A stretch of DNA of 63,903 nucleotides, counting the filler, from Octopus bimaculoides (taxonomy: Eukaryota), in the NCBI RefSeq assembly GCF_001194135.2. It is 5 parts of 4 records of this genome, joined end to end, with 100 filler letters (N's around TTAATTAATTAA, not from the genome) between each part and the next. Parts side by side here need not be neighbours in the genome. Positions count along the whole stretch, not along the records: positions 1 to 26,846 come from NC_068981.1; positions 26,947 to 34,252 come from NC_068991.1; positions 34,353 to 55,567 come from NC_068986.1; 2 more parts are not named here. One strand, given 5' to 3'. The position numbers were made by a program, and so were the translations under genes. The notes beneath the pieces were generated by a model that saw only the letters and a program-made list of their open reading frames with translations, did not search any database and was not told the origin of the DNA. Positions 25,357 through 36,273 of the stretch are shown one piece after another. Within the stretch, counting starts at the first letter, position 1, and each line of letters opens with the position of its first letter.

Positions 25357-25984
25357 NNNNNNNNNNNNNNNNNNNNNNNNNNNNNNNNNNNNNNNNNNNN
25401 NNNNNNNNNNNNNNNNNNNNNNNNNNNNNNNNNNNNNNNNNNNNNNNNNNNNNNNNNNNNNNNNNNNNNNNNNNNNNNNNNNNNNNNNNNNNNNNNNNNN
25501 NNNNNNNNNNNNNNNNNNNNNNNNNNNNNNNNNNNNNNNNNNNNNNNNNNNNNNNNNNNNNNNNNNNNNNNNNNNNNNNNNNNNNNNNNNNNNNNNNNNN
25601 NNNNNNNNNNNNNNNNNNNNNNNNNNNNNNNNNNNNNNNNNNNNNNNNNNNNNNNNNNNNNNNNNNNNNNNNNNNNNNNNNNNNNNNNNNNNNNNNNNNN
25701 NNNNNNNNNNNNNNNNNNNNNNNNNNNNNNNNNNNNNNNNNNNNNNNNNNNNNNNNNNNNNNNNNNNNNNNNNNNNNNNNNNNNNNNNNNNNNNNNNNNN
25801 NNNNNNNNNNNNNNNNNNNNNNNNNNNNNNNNNNNNNNNNNNNNNNNNNNNNNNNNNNNNNNNNNNNNNNNNNNNNNNNNNNNNNNNNNNNNNNNNNNNN
25901 NNNNNNNNNNNNNNNNNNNNNNNNNNNNNNNATATATATATATACATTAGCGTATATATATTATATACATTCGTCTATTCTTTT

Positions 25985-26357
25985 TCTTGTTTCAGTCATA
26001 TGACTGCGGCCATGCTGAAGCACCGCCTTTAGTCGAACAAATCGACCACAAGAGTTATTCTTTGTAAGCCAAGTACTTATTCTACCAGTCTTTTAGTCCC
26101 AACTGCTAATTTGCAGGAACGTAAACACACAGACGTCGGTTGTCAAGCGATTGTGGGAGGACAAACACAGACACACAAATATATATATATATACGACGGG
26201 TTTCTTTCAGTTTCTGTGTACCAAATCCATTCACAAGGTTTTGGTCGGCAAGAGGCTATAGTAGGAAACACTTGCCCAAAGTGCTACGCAGTGGGACCGA
26301 AACCGAAACAAGGTGGTTGAGAAGCAAGTTTCTTACCACACAGCCACTCCTGCGCCT
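25985..26357 (-). mobile_element. SINE family B, near full length
   Basis: Minus-strand head aggcgcaggagtggctgtgtggtaagaaacttgcttctcaaccacc...cggtttcggtcccactgcg (A/B-box-like), a central (TA)/(TG) tract, and a 3' module ending ...gcagtcatatgactgaaacaagaaaaa. Confidence 0.9.
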
Positions 26358-26789
26358 CTGTGTGTGTATGTAAGTAATAATTACACAGAGTATGGAGTCT
26401 TGTTCATCCTTAAAATTTATTTTCTTTTATTTAGCAATTTAATATAGCATTTTATTATGGCCTACACGTGTTTCCACTGCACAGACTACTGTCAGCTGTA
26501 CATGCAACCTGGCACTAGTTATGACCTACACGTGGAAACACGTATACATCTTAATAATATGGTGCATAACATTCTCCATACTCTATATAATCATTACTAA
26601 TATATACTCCGGATAATATTACCTTCCAGCGAAGCGAACATGGAATTACCAATCGGAGGAATTCCCAGAGTGACTGACAACTAATGGTAGTCACAAACGT
26701 TAAATACTGATTGATGTGGTTAGCCATAAACTGAAACTTTACTGAGAAGCGCCGGGGTATCTGACCGGATAATATATACCTCCAAACTT

Positions 26790-26846
<57 letters not shown>

Positions 26847-26890
26847 NNNNNNNNNNNNNNNNNNNNNNNNNNNNNNNNNNNNNNNNNNNN

Positions 26891-26902
26891 TTAATTAATT
26901 AA
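26891..26902. other. Assembly gap marker TTAATTAATTAA (44 N + 12 bp + 44 N = 100 bp); also at 34297-34308, 55612-55623 and 60401-60412
   Basis: An identical palindromic six-frame-stop cassette is centred in exactly 100-bp gaps four times. Confidence 0.95.
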
Positions 26903-26946
26903 NNNNNNNNNNNNNNNNNNNNNNNNNNNNNNNNNNNNNNNNNNNN

Positions 26947-26991
<45 letters not shown>

Positions 26992-27762
26992 GTGTATATA
27001 TATATAAATAGATTGATAGGTTTACATATTTATACAAATAATATATATTTATATACATAAGTGAGTATGTAGATGTGTGTGTGTGTGTGTGTGCGTGTGT
27101 ATATGATGGCTAGGTGACTTTGTGAACGTAGTGTATGAATGTGTATTCCTATTTTGCGCTAATAGAAACTCCCATTCGCTCCTAAAGTCTGTATAACGGC
27201 ATAAACACGACACATCTTAATGGATATATCTATTGTGATCACAAATGACGCATTAGATTAAACAGCTACAATAATGAGAACGGCTTAGAATGCTGCAATG
27301 AAAAAGAAGAAAGTCACTCGAGAAAATGGCGTACTCGAGTTAAACAAATAGATAAATAACAAGAGAAACCAGTACGTCAACAACAACAACTAATGCAATA
27401 GCAACAGAAGCAGCAACAACAACAACAACGAAAACAGCCCAATTAAGAGGAATAAATCGAAGAAAATTACAATCATAAGATTCGACAGTAAAGATCAACA
27501 TTTTCGAAATAGTAATAAAGGTCAGAAGTGACTGTATTGGACCTGGTGCATTATTTGTGTCTATGTGTACGCTGTATGTCTTTATGCATTTAGGTATGCA
27601 CATCTGCATGCATGTATGTATGTATGTATGTATGTATGTATGCATGTATGTATGTGTTCCCTTCACTTCTTTCTCCTCTCCCCACTATTTATCTATGTAA
27701 CAATCTATATATTCACATAAATCATACAAATACATACGTATATATATACATATATATATATA

Positions 27763-27800
<38 letters not shown>

Positions 27801-28859
27801 NNNNNNNNNNNNNNNNNNNNNNNNNNNNNNNNNNNNNNNNNNNNNNNNNNNNNNNNNNNNNNNNNNNNNNNNNNNNNNNNNNNNNNNNNNNNNNNNNNNN
27901 NNNNNNNNNNNNNNNNNNNNNNNNNNNNNNNNNNNNNNNNNNNNNNNNNNNNNNNNNNNNNNNNNNNNNNNNNNNNNNNNNNNNNNNNNNNNNNNNNNNN
28001 NNNNNNNNNNNNNNNNNNNNNNNNNNNNNNNNNNNNNNNNNNNNNNNNNNNNNNNNNNNNNNNNNNNNNNNNNNNNACATATGTATGTATATATTCACTC
28101 TATTATAATTCTGTTTACTGCATGCACAGCGAAGGACACGTGTTCAAACGGTTGTGAGAACTTCTTCAGATGTTTAATGCTATTCAAATTTTTTTTTTCT
28201 TCTTTTAATTTCAATCTAATATTGATTTGTTGTGTAATTTCAATGTCATAAAGCTTGATGAAAGAAGGAAAATTGGATGTTGTGGCATTGATGTATTTTT
28301 CAAGTTTTGAAACTGCGCACGTGTGGAGGTTTTGGACACCTTTTATTATAATGTTTTGTTTTTTTTCTCTTTTGCTTATTTCTGTGAATACTGAATGTAA
28401 CGTTAATTTTTCTTATGACTATTGGAAAATTCAGTCGATGAGAGAAAGAAACTGTCAAGTACTGATGTCGGTAGAATAATCTGTTACGCTCTCGCTAAAA
28501 GCCTGGCCCTCTCCCTGTTTAATAAATTATCATGATTGGATGTTGATCGACAGAATACCTTGTTGTAATGGCATTTATTTCCCTCCCTCTATGTTCTGAG
28601 TTGGCATCATGAAGAGGTCAAAGTTATCTTTCATTAGTGGAAGGTCAATTATATAAAGTACAAAAAGAAGTAATGATATCAAATTCTTGAGCGAACTCAC
28701 CCTGTAACCCCGTGGCTAGATACCTATATGAGAAATTAGTATGGTGGAGTGGTAGAATCTCCAGCACAGCCTGAAGCGTTTGCTCCAACTATTTACGTTC
28801 GAGGTCATCATCGTTTTGTAGCTCCATAGAAAAGTTCCATAAGATAATCTATATATGCA

Positions 28860-29260
28860 GTACCGGGATAAGATCATAAAGCGTAGCATAAACACAGTAG
28901 ACTTCTCTTTACAGCTCGAGCCAGCGAGACTGAATCAAGAGGTCAGTAAAAGGCCGGATGGTATGACAATTTTCGCGCCCCGTGGCGGTAGGCCTCTCAT
29001 CTGGGATATCATATAATCTAACACCTTCTTAAGGTCGCTCTCCGGCAGGTTTGTGGTCAAGCCTGTGGCAGTTCAGACCTCCGTCGTTCTTGGGCCCTGG
29101 ACCATATCTCTGCTCACCGCTATCGGGCCGGAGATTACTGTGCGCCATAGCGAGCCCTGTGAATCAGAGTGGCTGTTCAATTGCATCTCCCTCTCTATCT
29201 TTCGAGGCAACGCCTTTAACATTTTGCTTGGTGGTGCCTTGAAAAATGTTTCATATATTG
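28860..29260 (+). mobile_element. CRE-clade-like non-LTR retrotransposon, C-terminal restriction-like endonuclease fragment
   Basis: One frame with one stop: DKIIKRSINTVDFSLQLEPARLNQEVSKRPDGMTIFAPRGGRPLIWDII*...KPVAVQTSVVLGPWTISLLTAIG...SEWLFNCISLSIFRGNAFNIL. This matches the LEP..L....KRPDG...W....LIWDVT / F.PVAVET.G..G / L.QR.S.A..RGNA signature. Confidence 0.8.
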
Positions 29261-29354
29261 TGAAAAGCAGAGAGATGTTTCTGTTACACATGTGAACAGC
29301 AGCTGCCTAATGGTGACACTACCTTCCAATGCGGTATGATATCATGAAAACAAT

Positions 29355-29744
29355 GTTGTTGTTGTTGGCACTCCGTTGCTTACGACGTCGAGGGTCCCAG
29401 TTGATCCGATCAACGGAACAGCCTGCTCGTGAAATTAACGTACAAGTGGCTGAGCACTCCACAGACACGTGTACCCTTTACGTAGTTCTCGGGGATATTC
29501 AGCGTGACACAGTGTGACAAGGCTGACCCTTTGAGTTACAGGCACAACAGAAACAGGAAGTAAGAGTGAGAGAAAGTTGTGGTGGAAGAGTACAGCAGGG
29601 TTCGCCACCATCCCCTGCCGGAGCCTCGTGGAGCTTTAGGTGTTTTCACTGAATAAACACTCACAACGCCCGGTCTGGGAATCGAAACCGTGATCCTATG
29701 ACCGCGAGTCCGCTGCCCTAACCACTGGGCCATTGCGCCTCCAC
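29355..29744 (-). mobile_element. tRNA-derived SINE family C, full length with target-site duplication
   Basis: Head gtggaggcgcaatggcccagtggttagggcagcggactcgcggtcataggatcacggtttcgattcccagaccggg has clear A and B boxes. Tail is (AAC)n. Flanked by atgaaaacaat (29344-29354) and atgaaacaat (29746-29755). Confidence 0.9.
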
Positions 29745-30749
29745 TATGAAACAATATATAAGACGCAGAGTCATAACACAAATAGACGACGGATTCCGTA
29801 TATGAATTTCAGCATTTTGCTTTTTTTTTTATTGTATGTTATAAGTTCAAAAGCGTGTCTGTTCAATTTTGACTCTCATTGCTTACAAAAGTTCAAATAA
29901 GGGGCGAGTTTGTTCCAACCAGGGGTCCTTATTTACTTCACTAGTAATGTTTGGCTGTGCGATCTCTAACGTCCATCTGCTCGACTCTTTATTTTGGCTA
30001 ATCACTAATAAGTCATGAAATACTGCACTAGAGAGGAGAGAAGACACACAGACATATGCACGCACACACATCCACCCACACACACACACACATAGAGGCT
30101 AATATCAAAAATTCGAGAATGACTGCTGGGTGAATATTTTTTATTTCTATGTTAACAAGGTTACCAATAGTTTCAAGTAGAAGGAATCCCTTAACAATTA
30201 TCAAGTCTTCTATTTAAGAACGCTGGTACTCGACTCCATAGTGGAAATGAGTACCAAATTTCCCATGAGGCAAGCTTGATAACAGTAGTAGGCTTAGTAA
30301 GCAACAAATAAATGAATATATATAAATGAATAAATAAATAAATATATATATATGTATATATATNNNNNNNNNNNNNNNNNNNNNNNNNNNNNNNNNNNNN
30401 NNNNNNNNNNNNNNNNNNNNNNNNNNNNNNNNNNNNNNNNNNNNNNNNNNNNNNNNNNNNNNNNNNNNNNNNNNNNNNNNNNNNNNNNNNNNNNNNNNNN
30501 NNNNNNNNNNNNNNNNNNNNNNNNNNNNNNNNNNNNNNNNNNNNNNNNNNNNNNNNNNNNNNNNNNNNNNNNNNNNNNNNNNNNNNNNNNNNNNNNNNNN
30601 NNNNNNNNNNNNNNNNNNNNNNNNNNNNNNNNNNNNNNNNNNNNNNNNNNNNNNNNNNNNNNNNNNNNNNNNNNNNNNNNNNNNNNNNNNNNNNNNNNNN
30701 NNNNNNNNNNNNNNNNNNNNNNNNNNNNNNNNNNNNNNNNNNNNNNNNN

Positions 30750-30785
<36 letters not shown>

Positions 30786-31488
30786 GATAATGTGTATAAA
30801 TGTGAATGTCCAAAAGAAAAAAATGCTGGCTGAAAGAGACCAATTCTTGAAAAATGTCACTGGGCTACATTACAATGTTAGGCGTAAAGAAATATTTCTA
30901 ACACCAACAATTCTAACAGGAGATATATTGTGTTGGCCTTTGTAACTGACATGAAATGCTTTTATAAATAGCGCGCGCTAATAAACCAATAAATACGTCT
31001 ACATGCCTTCCCTTATACCACAATAGTTTTATGGGTTATTAAACCATCATTGAAACACTGCATAATTTGTTCGTACAGATTAGTAACACCCGACAGATCG
31101 CCGTCTATAATTTTGTGCCTGGCCTGCAACACAATTTCCTGTAGAAAGGGGAGTAATGTGCGTAGTAATAATTTCTGAAAGAGTGAACATTTTTGCGAAC
31201 TGTCCACTGTGCTTTATCCCAGAGTGAAGCAACTGGCAGAGATGTCGAATTATTCACACACCTGAATTATGATACAACTGGTTGATTAGTATCTGCTAAG
31301 CCACTCAGGTGTCTGATGGCTGTGTAACTTATACAAACTATTTATAAATACAAGCAAAACTAGTCTAGATATGAATATTTCATAACCCTTCCCCGGCATA
31401 TCTATCTCGTACAATAGAATTTGCGTCATTGAGTTGTTGCTACCAATTTTCTCAGGCTGTAAACTCTCCAGCCTACATGACTGCATGA

Positions 31489-31532
31489 ATGGATGGATGG
31501 ATGGATGGATGGATGGATGGATGGATGGATGG
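31489..31532. repeat. (GGAT)n microsatellite
   Basis: Directly visible. Confidence 0.95.
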
Positions 31533-31884
31533 TCATCGTTTCAAAGACAAATCTTCCCGTCTTCTCTAGCGTCGTCCACAGGAGTATAGAGTAATACGTT
31601 TGACAACAGCTTGGTAATAGTTTGGCTGGAAGAGATGCAAACAAAATGAAGAGTCGATCCACAAACAAGCTTAAGGACTCTACTCTGCATTTATTACAAA
31701 TCTTATGCTATAAGCTTTCTCTCGTACGGGAGGGAAGTTATTTATCTACAACTGAGTATCTGCATCTCTTAACAGAAGCAGACCAAACCACATTCAGTCA
31801 GTGAAGCCAGTTATGACCAAGTCTCATTTCAGCCAGGGTTGTCATGTCCTGAGGAAATAAATGTGTATATATGTAGTTATATAG

Positions 31885-32090
31885 AGCAGCAATCTGGCAG
31901 AGTCGAAAGAACGCCGGGAAAAATGATTATCAGCATTCTTTCCGTCTTTATGGTCCGGGTTATATGCCACTGGAAAGTAATTTGCTTTTCATTCTTTCGG
32001 AGTCGATAAAATATGTATCAGTTGATCATTGGGGTCCATTTATAGCCCCTGCTGTGAAATTGCTGGCCTTGAGCTAAAATTTGGAACTAA
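31885..32090 (+). mobile_element. SINE family A copy, diverged
   Basis: ctggcagagtcgaaagaacgccgggaaaaatg...gcttttcattctttcggagtcgataaaata...ctggccttgagctaaaatttggaac. Confidence 0.7.
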
Positions 32091-32986
32091 TAGATGTAGT
32101 TCTACATAATTAAATAGATGAAGTATTTACTGGCCTTTCAAACGGCTGAAGACCACCGATGTCGCCACACCTTCGTCCCTGAGACCATAGATGTCCAGCA
32201 AATCTAAATCATGTAACTATTTTGGAGTTGCAACAGGCAGCTGAACAATATTTCGCTATGCCAATAGAGATAGATGCGCTGCACTGCTTTCTAAGCTTTG
32301 AATGCATGAAGTATTACAACGAAGGGGATTTTGTGGCGGTGGTTTTGTTGTTATGCTTGTTTTTTGTTTTTTATTGAGTGGTCCCAGCTGAGGGGTGGCT
32401 AAGGAAATTTCGCAATCCATCTTATAATCTATCCTTACTTCATAAATGATAATTGTTCAGTGAACTTTTAGAATCATACAGCTAATCCTGAGCAATAGCA
32501 AATATAAATGCATATAATTTAATATCATTTGAGTAATAACCTTATAGCGTGGTTTGCATAGCTCCTCCAAAGTCATCGGCTACCATATGCTATTATACAG
32601 GAGGGATTCTTCTTCTACTGGCTACACATGTGTGGAACTACGTTAATATCGGCAGCATTCATACAAAAAAAAAATACAAGATAGAATAATCCAAATCACA
32701 ACAATTGTTTCTCTGCGTCAGTATCAGTTGATAATTGCTGAGTGGTTCACATATTATAGACGAAGAATATAATATACTGAGATATTTGGTGGTGAGTTTG
32801 GGTTATTGAAATGACAAGAACGAGGCTTGCCTTCGTAGATTCAGGCCATCCCTGATGATGCAGCGGCCAAAAGAAGGGTTAGAAATTAGTAATAGCTATA
32901 AGAGTACTTTCTGAATGAAAATAAAGTAATGGTATCGAACTGTCTCCTCTATGTGTACCCAGTGACGCCAAATTTCAATACACATA

Positions 32987-33861
32987 CGAGGACTGATAAA
33001 TATATCCGGACTGTTGCCATGGTAACGAAGCTACAGCACGCAGAGTAAAGCCATTAGGCAAAAATTGACCTTTAACTCTGCTGTGCATGCGTATTAAGTT
33101 TTACCATTCTAGTTTACTTTCAATGCTTACAGCAGTGATTGGAAGGAAGGTGTGTAGCGTATGATCGTCGCATCGACCATGACAGAGAAAGTTGTCATGG
33201 TGATACCTACTCAGAGGCTTACACAAAGTTAAAGAAAGTGTATGAGCCGCACAGAAGTGTACGAGTGTTTCAAACGTTTCCAGCATGGCCGAAAAAATGT
33301 CGATATTGACGAACGTTCTCGGAAATCCACACCAGCGACACTGATAAAAAGATCGAAGGCGTGCGTGCCCCTGTGATGGGAAATCGTCGAATCACCATCC
33401 GTGAGTTATCAGAGTCCGTGCAGATTAGTTACGGTTCAGTTGAGTCCGTTATCATTGGAGATCTGGGTATGAGACCCGTGTTTACCAAGTTTGTGCCAAA
33501 ACTGCTTTCAGCTGACCAGATACCTGCTCACAGACCAACCCAAAGTTTTTTAAAAGTTTTCATCGTTCTCAACATAATAAAAAACTTTGGGTTGGTCTGT
33601 GAGCAGGTATCGTCAAGCTTTTGGCAAAAAAAATTATGCTGATTCCCTGCTCAACTTTCTCTGTAATCGTTAATGCGATGATCACACGCTAGACATGATC
33701 CTTCCAAGCACTGCTGTAAACAGAGAATATGAGTTATAACGTTAAATCTTAGTGCACATACACAGCAGAGTTTCGGGTCAATTCATGCCAAGCACCTTCA
33801 TTCTACGCGCTTTAACTTCATTGCTACAGCAACAATCCGGATACTTATTGATGAGACCACA
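32987..33861 (+). mobile_element. Mariner-derived fold-back element with long inverted ends and TA flanks
   Basis: TA|CGAGGACTGATAAATATATCCGGACTGTTGC at the left end; reverse complement TA|TGTGGTCTCATCAATAAGTATCCGGATTGTTGC at the right end. Transposase N-terminus: MTEK..GDTYSEAYTKLKKVY..RTEVYECFKRFQHGRKNVDIDERS...VRAPVMGNRRITIRELSESVQISYGSVESVIIGDLGMRPVFTKFVPKLLSADQ (HTH plus the WVPHEL-equivalent FVPKLL). No catalytic domain. Confidence 0.88.
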
Positions 33862-34165
33862 TAAATGACGATGATTAAATCGGATTTCATAAAAGAGTCG
33901 ATATATTAAATATGAAATCGTTCATACAGATTTACAACGATATTAGTAACGAAACATTATTAGAATCAGGTCACTTATAAGTGCATACAACATTCTGCTT
34001 CTACTTAAAGCAGCAACACATTGTTGAAATATGATCTGGCAGTCAAACGCCATTTATCTACAGACGACGTTCAGACACACACAGAGGAATACATACAAAC
34101 ACATACGTATGTTAATTCATGTAAATATATTTATAAATGTATCCATGTGTCGTTGTGTGTATATA

Positions 34166-34218
<53 letters not shown>

Positions 34219-34221
34219 AAG

Positions 34222-34252
<31 letters not shown>

Positions 34253-34414
34253 NNNNNNNNNNNNNNNNNNNNNNNNNNNNNNNNNNNNNNNNNNNNTTAA
34301 TTAATTAANNNNNNNNNNNNNNNNNNNNNNNNNNNNNNNNNNNNNNNNNNNNTATATGTCTATGCGTGTGTGCGTGCGTGTGTATGTGTGTGTGTGTGTT
34401 TGTGTGTTTGTGTG

Positions 34415-34439
<25 letters not shown>

Positions 34440-34445
<6 letters not shown>

Positions 34446-34650
34446 TTGGGCGTCTGTGTTTGTTCCCCCACCATCAATCGACAACCGATGTTGGTGTGTT
34501 TACGTCCCCGAAACACTTGAGGTTCGGCAAAATAAATCGATAGAACAAGTACTAGGCTTACAAAGAATAAGTCCTTGGGTCGATTTGTTCAACTAAATAC
34601 GGTGCTCCAGTATGGTCGCAGTCATATGACTAAAACTGGTAAAAGAGTAA
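34440..34650 (+). mobile_element. SINE family B, 3' half (the head is probably in the adjacent gap)
   Basis: tctgtgtttgttcccccaccatc..tcgacaaccgatgttggtgtgtttacgtcccc...gggtcgatttgttcaactaaa..cggtgctccagtatggtcgcagtcatatgactaaaac. Confidence 0.85.
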
Positions 34651-34699
<49 letters not shown>

Positions 34700-34844
34700 T
34701 AGGTAATTGGATATGTAAGTTAAGCGATAGATAAGTAGATAGATAGGTACATAGGTAATGCGGTCAGACAAGCACACACACCCACACACATACATACACA
34801 CAAGGAGACAGAGATACGCAAATATGAACACACACACACACACG

Positions 34845-34875
<31 letters not shown>

Positions 34876-35633
34876 AATACATACATACATACCTACATAC
34901 ATACATACATACATACGTACATTGACGCACATACAAACAACGCTGCTGCCATAATGGACAGGATCACCGACTGTTGAAGAGGTTACAAGAAGCAACGAAC
35001 ATTTTAGAAAAAGTAAATAAATAAATGAGTGGAAATCGAACCGGTGTATGTATTAATTAATGAGGCATTAAAAAAAAAATGACTCTCCCCAGATACGATA
35101 AAATATGCTTCAACACACGAAGTCACATAAAGAATCTCACAAACCAAATACAAAAACGAAAGGAAATATATATATATATATATATATNNNNNNNNNNNNN
35201 NNNNNNNNNNNNNNNNNNNNNNNNNNNNNNNNNNNNNNNNNNNNNNNNNNNNNNNNNNNNNNNNNNNNNNNNNNNNNNNNNNNNNNNNNNNNNNNNNNNN
35301 NNNNNNNNNNNNNNNNNNNNNNNNNNNNNNNNNNNNNNNNNNNNNNNNNNNNNNNNNNNNNNNNNNNNNNNNNNNNNNNNNNNNNNNNNNNNNNNNNNNN
35401 NNNNNNNNNNNNNNNNNNNNNNNNNNNNNNNNNNNNNNNNNNNNNNNNNNNNNNNNNNNNNNNNNNNNNNNNNNNNNNNNNNNNNNNNNNNNNNNNNNNN
35501 NNNNNNNNNNNNNNNNNNNNNNNNNNNNNNNNNNNNNNNNNNNNNNNNNNNNNNNNNNNNNNNNNNNNNNNNNNNNNNNNNNNNNNNNNNNNNNNNNNNN
35601 NNNNNNNNNNNNNNNNNNNNNNNNNNNNNNNNN

Positions 35634-35673
<40 letters not shown>

Positions 35674-36006
35674 GAATATATTTTCTTGGGGGGTGTTCCA
35701 AAATATATACAATAATATATTTTATTTCTGTAAGCATTTAAACGTTACCTAACGTAAAGATCAATTCGATGAGCAGACGTATGAACGAAGACATTCCATT
35801 CATGGCCAAACCGAATCACTAGTTAGGTTTTTAATGATGAGGTGACAAGGAGTGGCTGTGGTACCTGCAGCCGCCGTATCTAAGGTAGTGTAGAGACGCT
35901 ATTCAATGTTTCAATTTAATTGGCGATAGTTTTTATAGCTGTATTGATTTTCGTAGTAGTCATAGTTATGTTACTGTTAGAAGCAGCAGTAGTTACAGCC
36001 GTGACG

Positions 36007-36092
<86 letters not shown>
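36007..36092. repeat. (GTA)n microsatellite of about 28 units; a (CAT)n tract follows at 36239-36273
   Basis: Directly visible. It explains the poly-Val ORF at 35920-36147. Confidence 0.95.
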
Positions 36093-36238
36093 TTTAGTAG
36101 TAGTTGTTTTTTGCTGTTCGTGGAGTAAAAACTGTATAGTACATTAGTATGCGTTAGTAATAAAATTAATTGGAATCGTTATCAGCAGCGTCATCATGAT
36201 CCTCATCGTCATCACTTCAACAAGCATCGTCGTTGTCG

Positions 36239-36273
<35 letters not shown>

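Noticed and set aside
26847-26946. Palindromic TTAATTAATTAA islands inside N runs (four occurrences)
   Set aside because: The identical 44N+12+44N layout with stops in all six frames marks an artificial gap spacer, not biology.
29660-29744. tRNA-like sequence with A and B boxes (also 62910-62985)
   Set aside because: No acceptor-stem closure or Pol III terminator; it continues into a SINE body with a tail and TSD.
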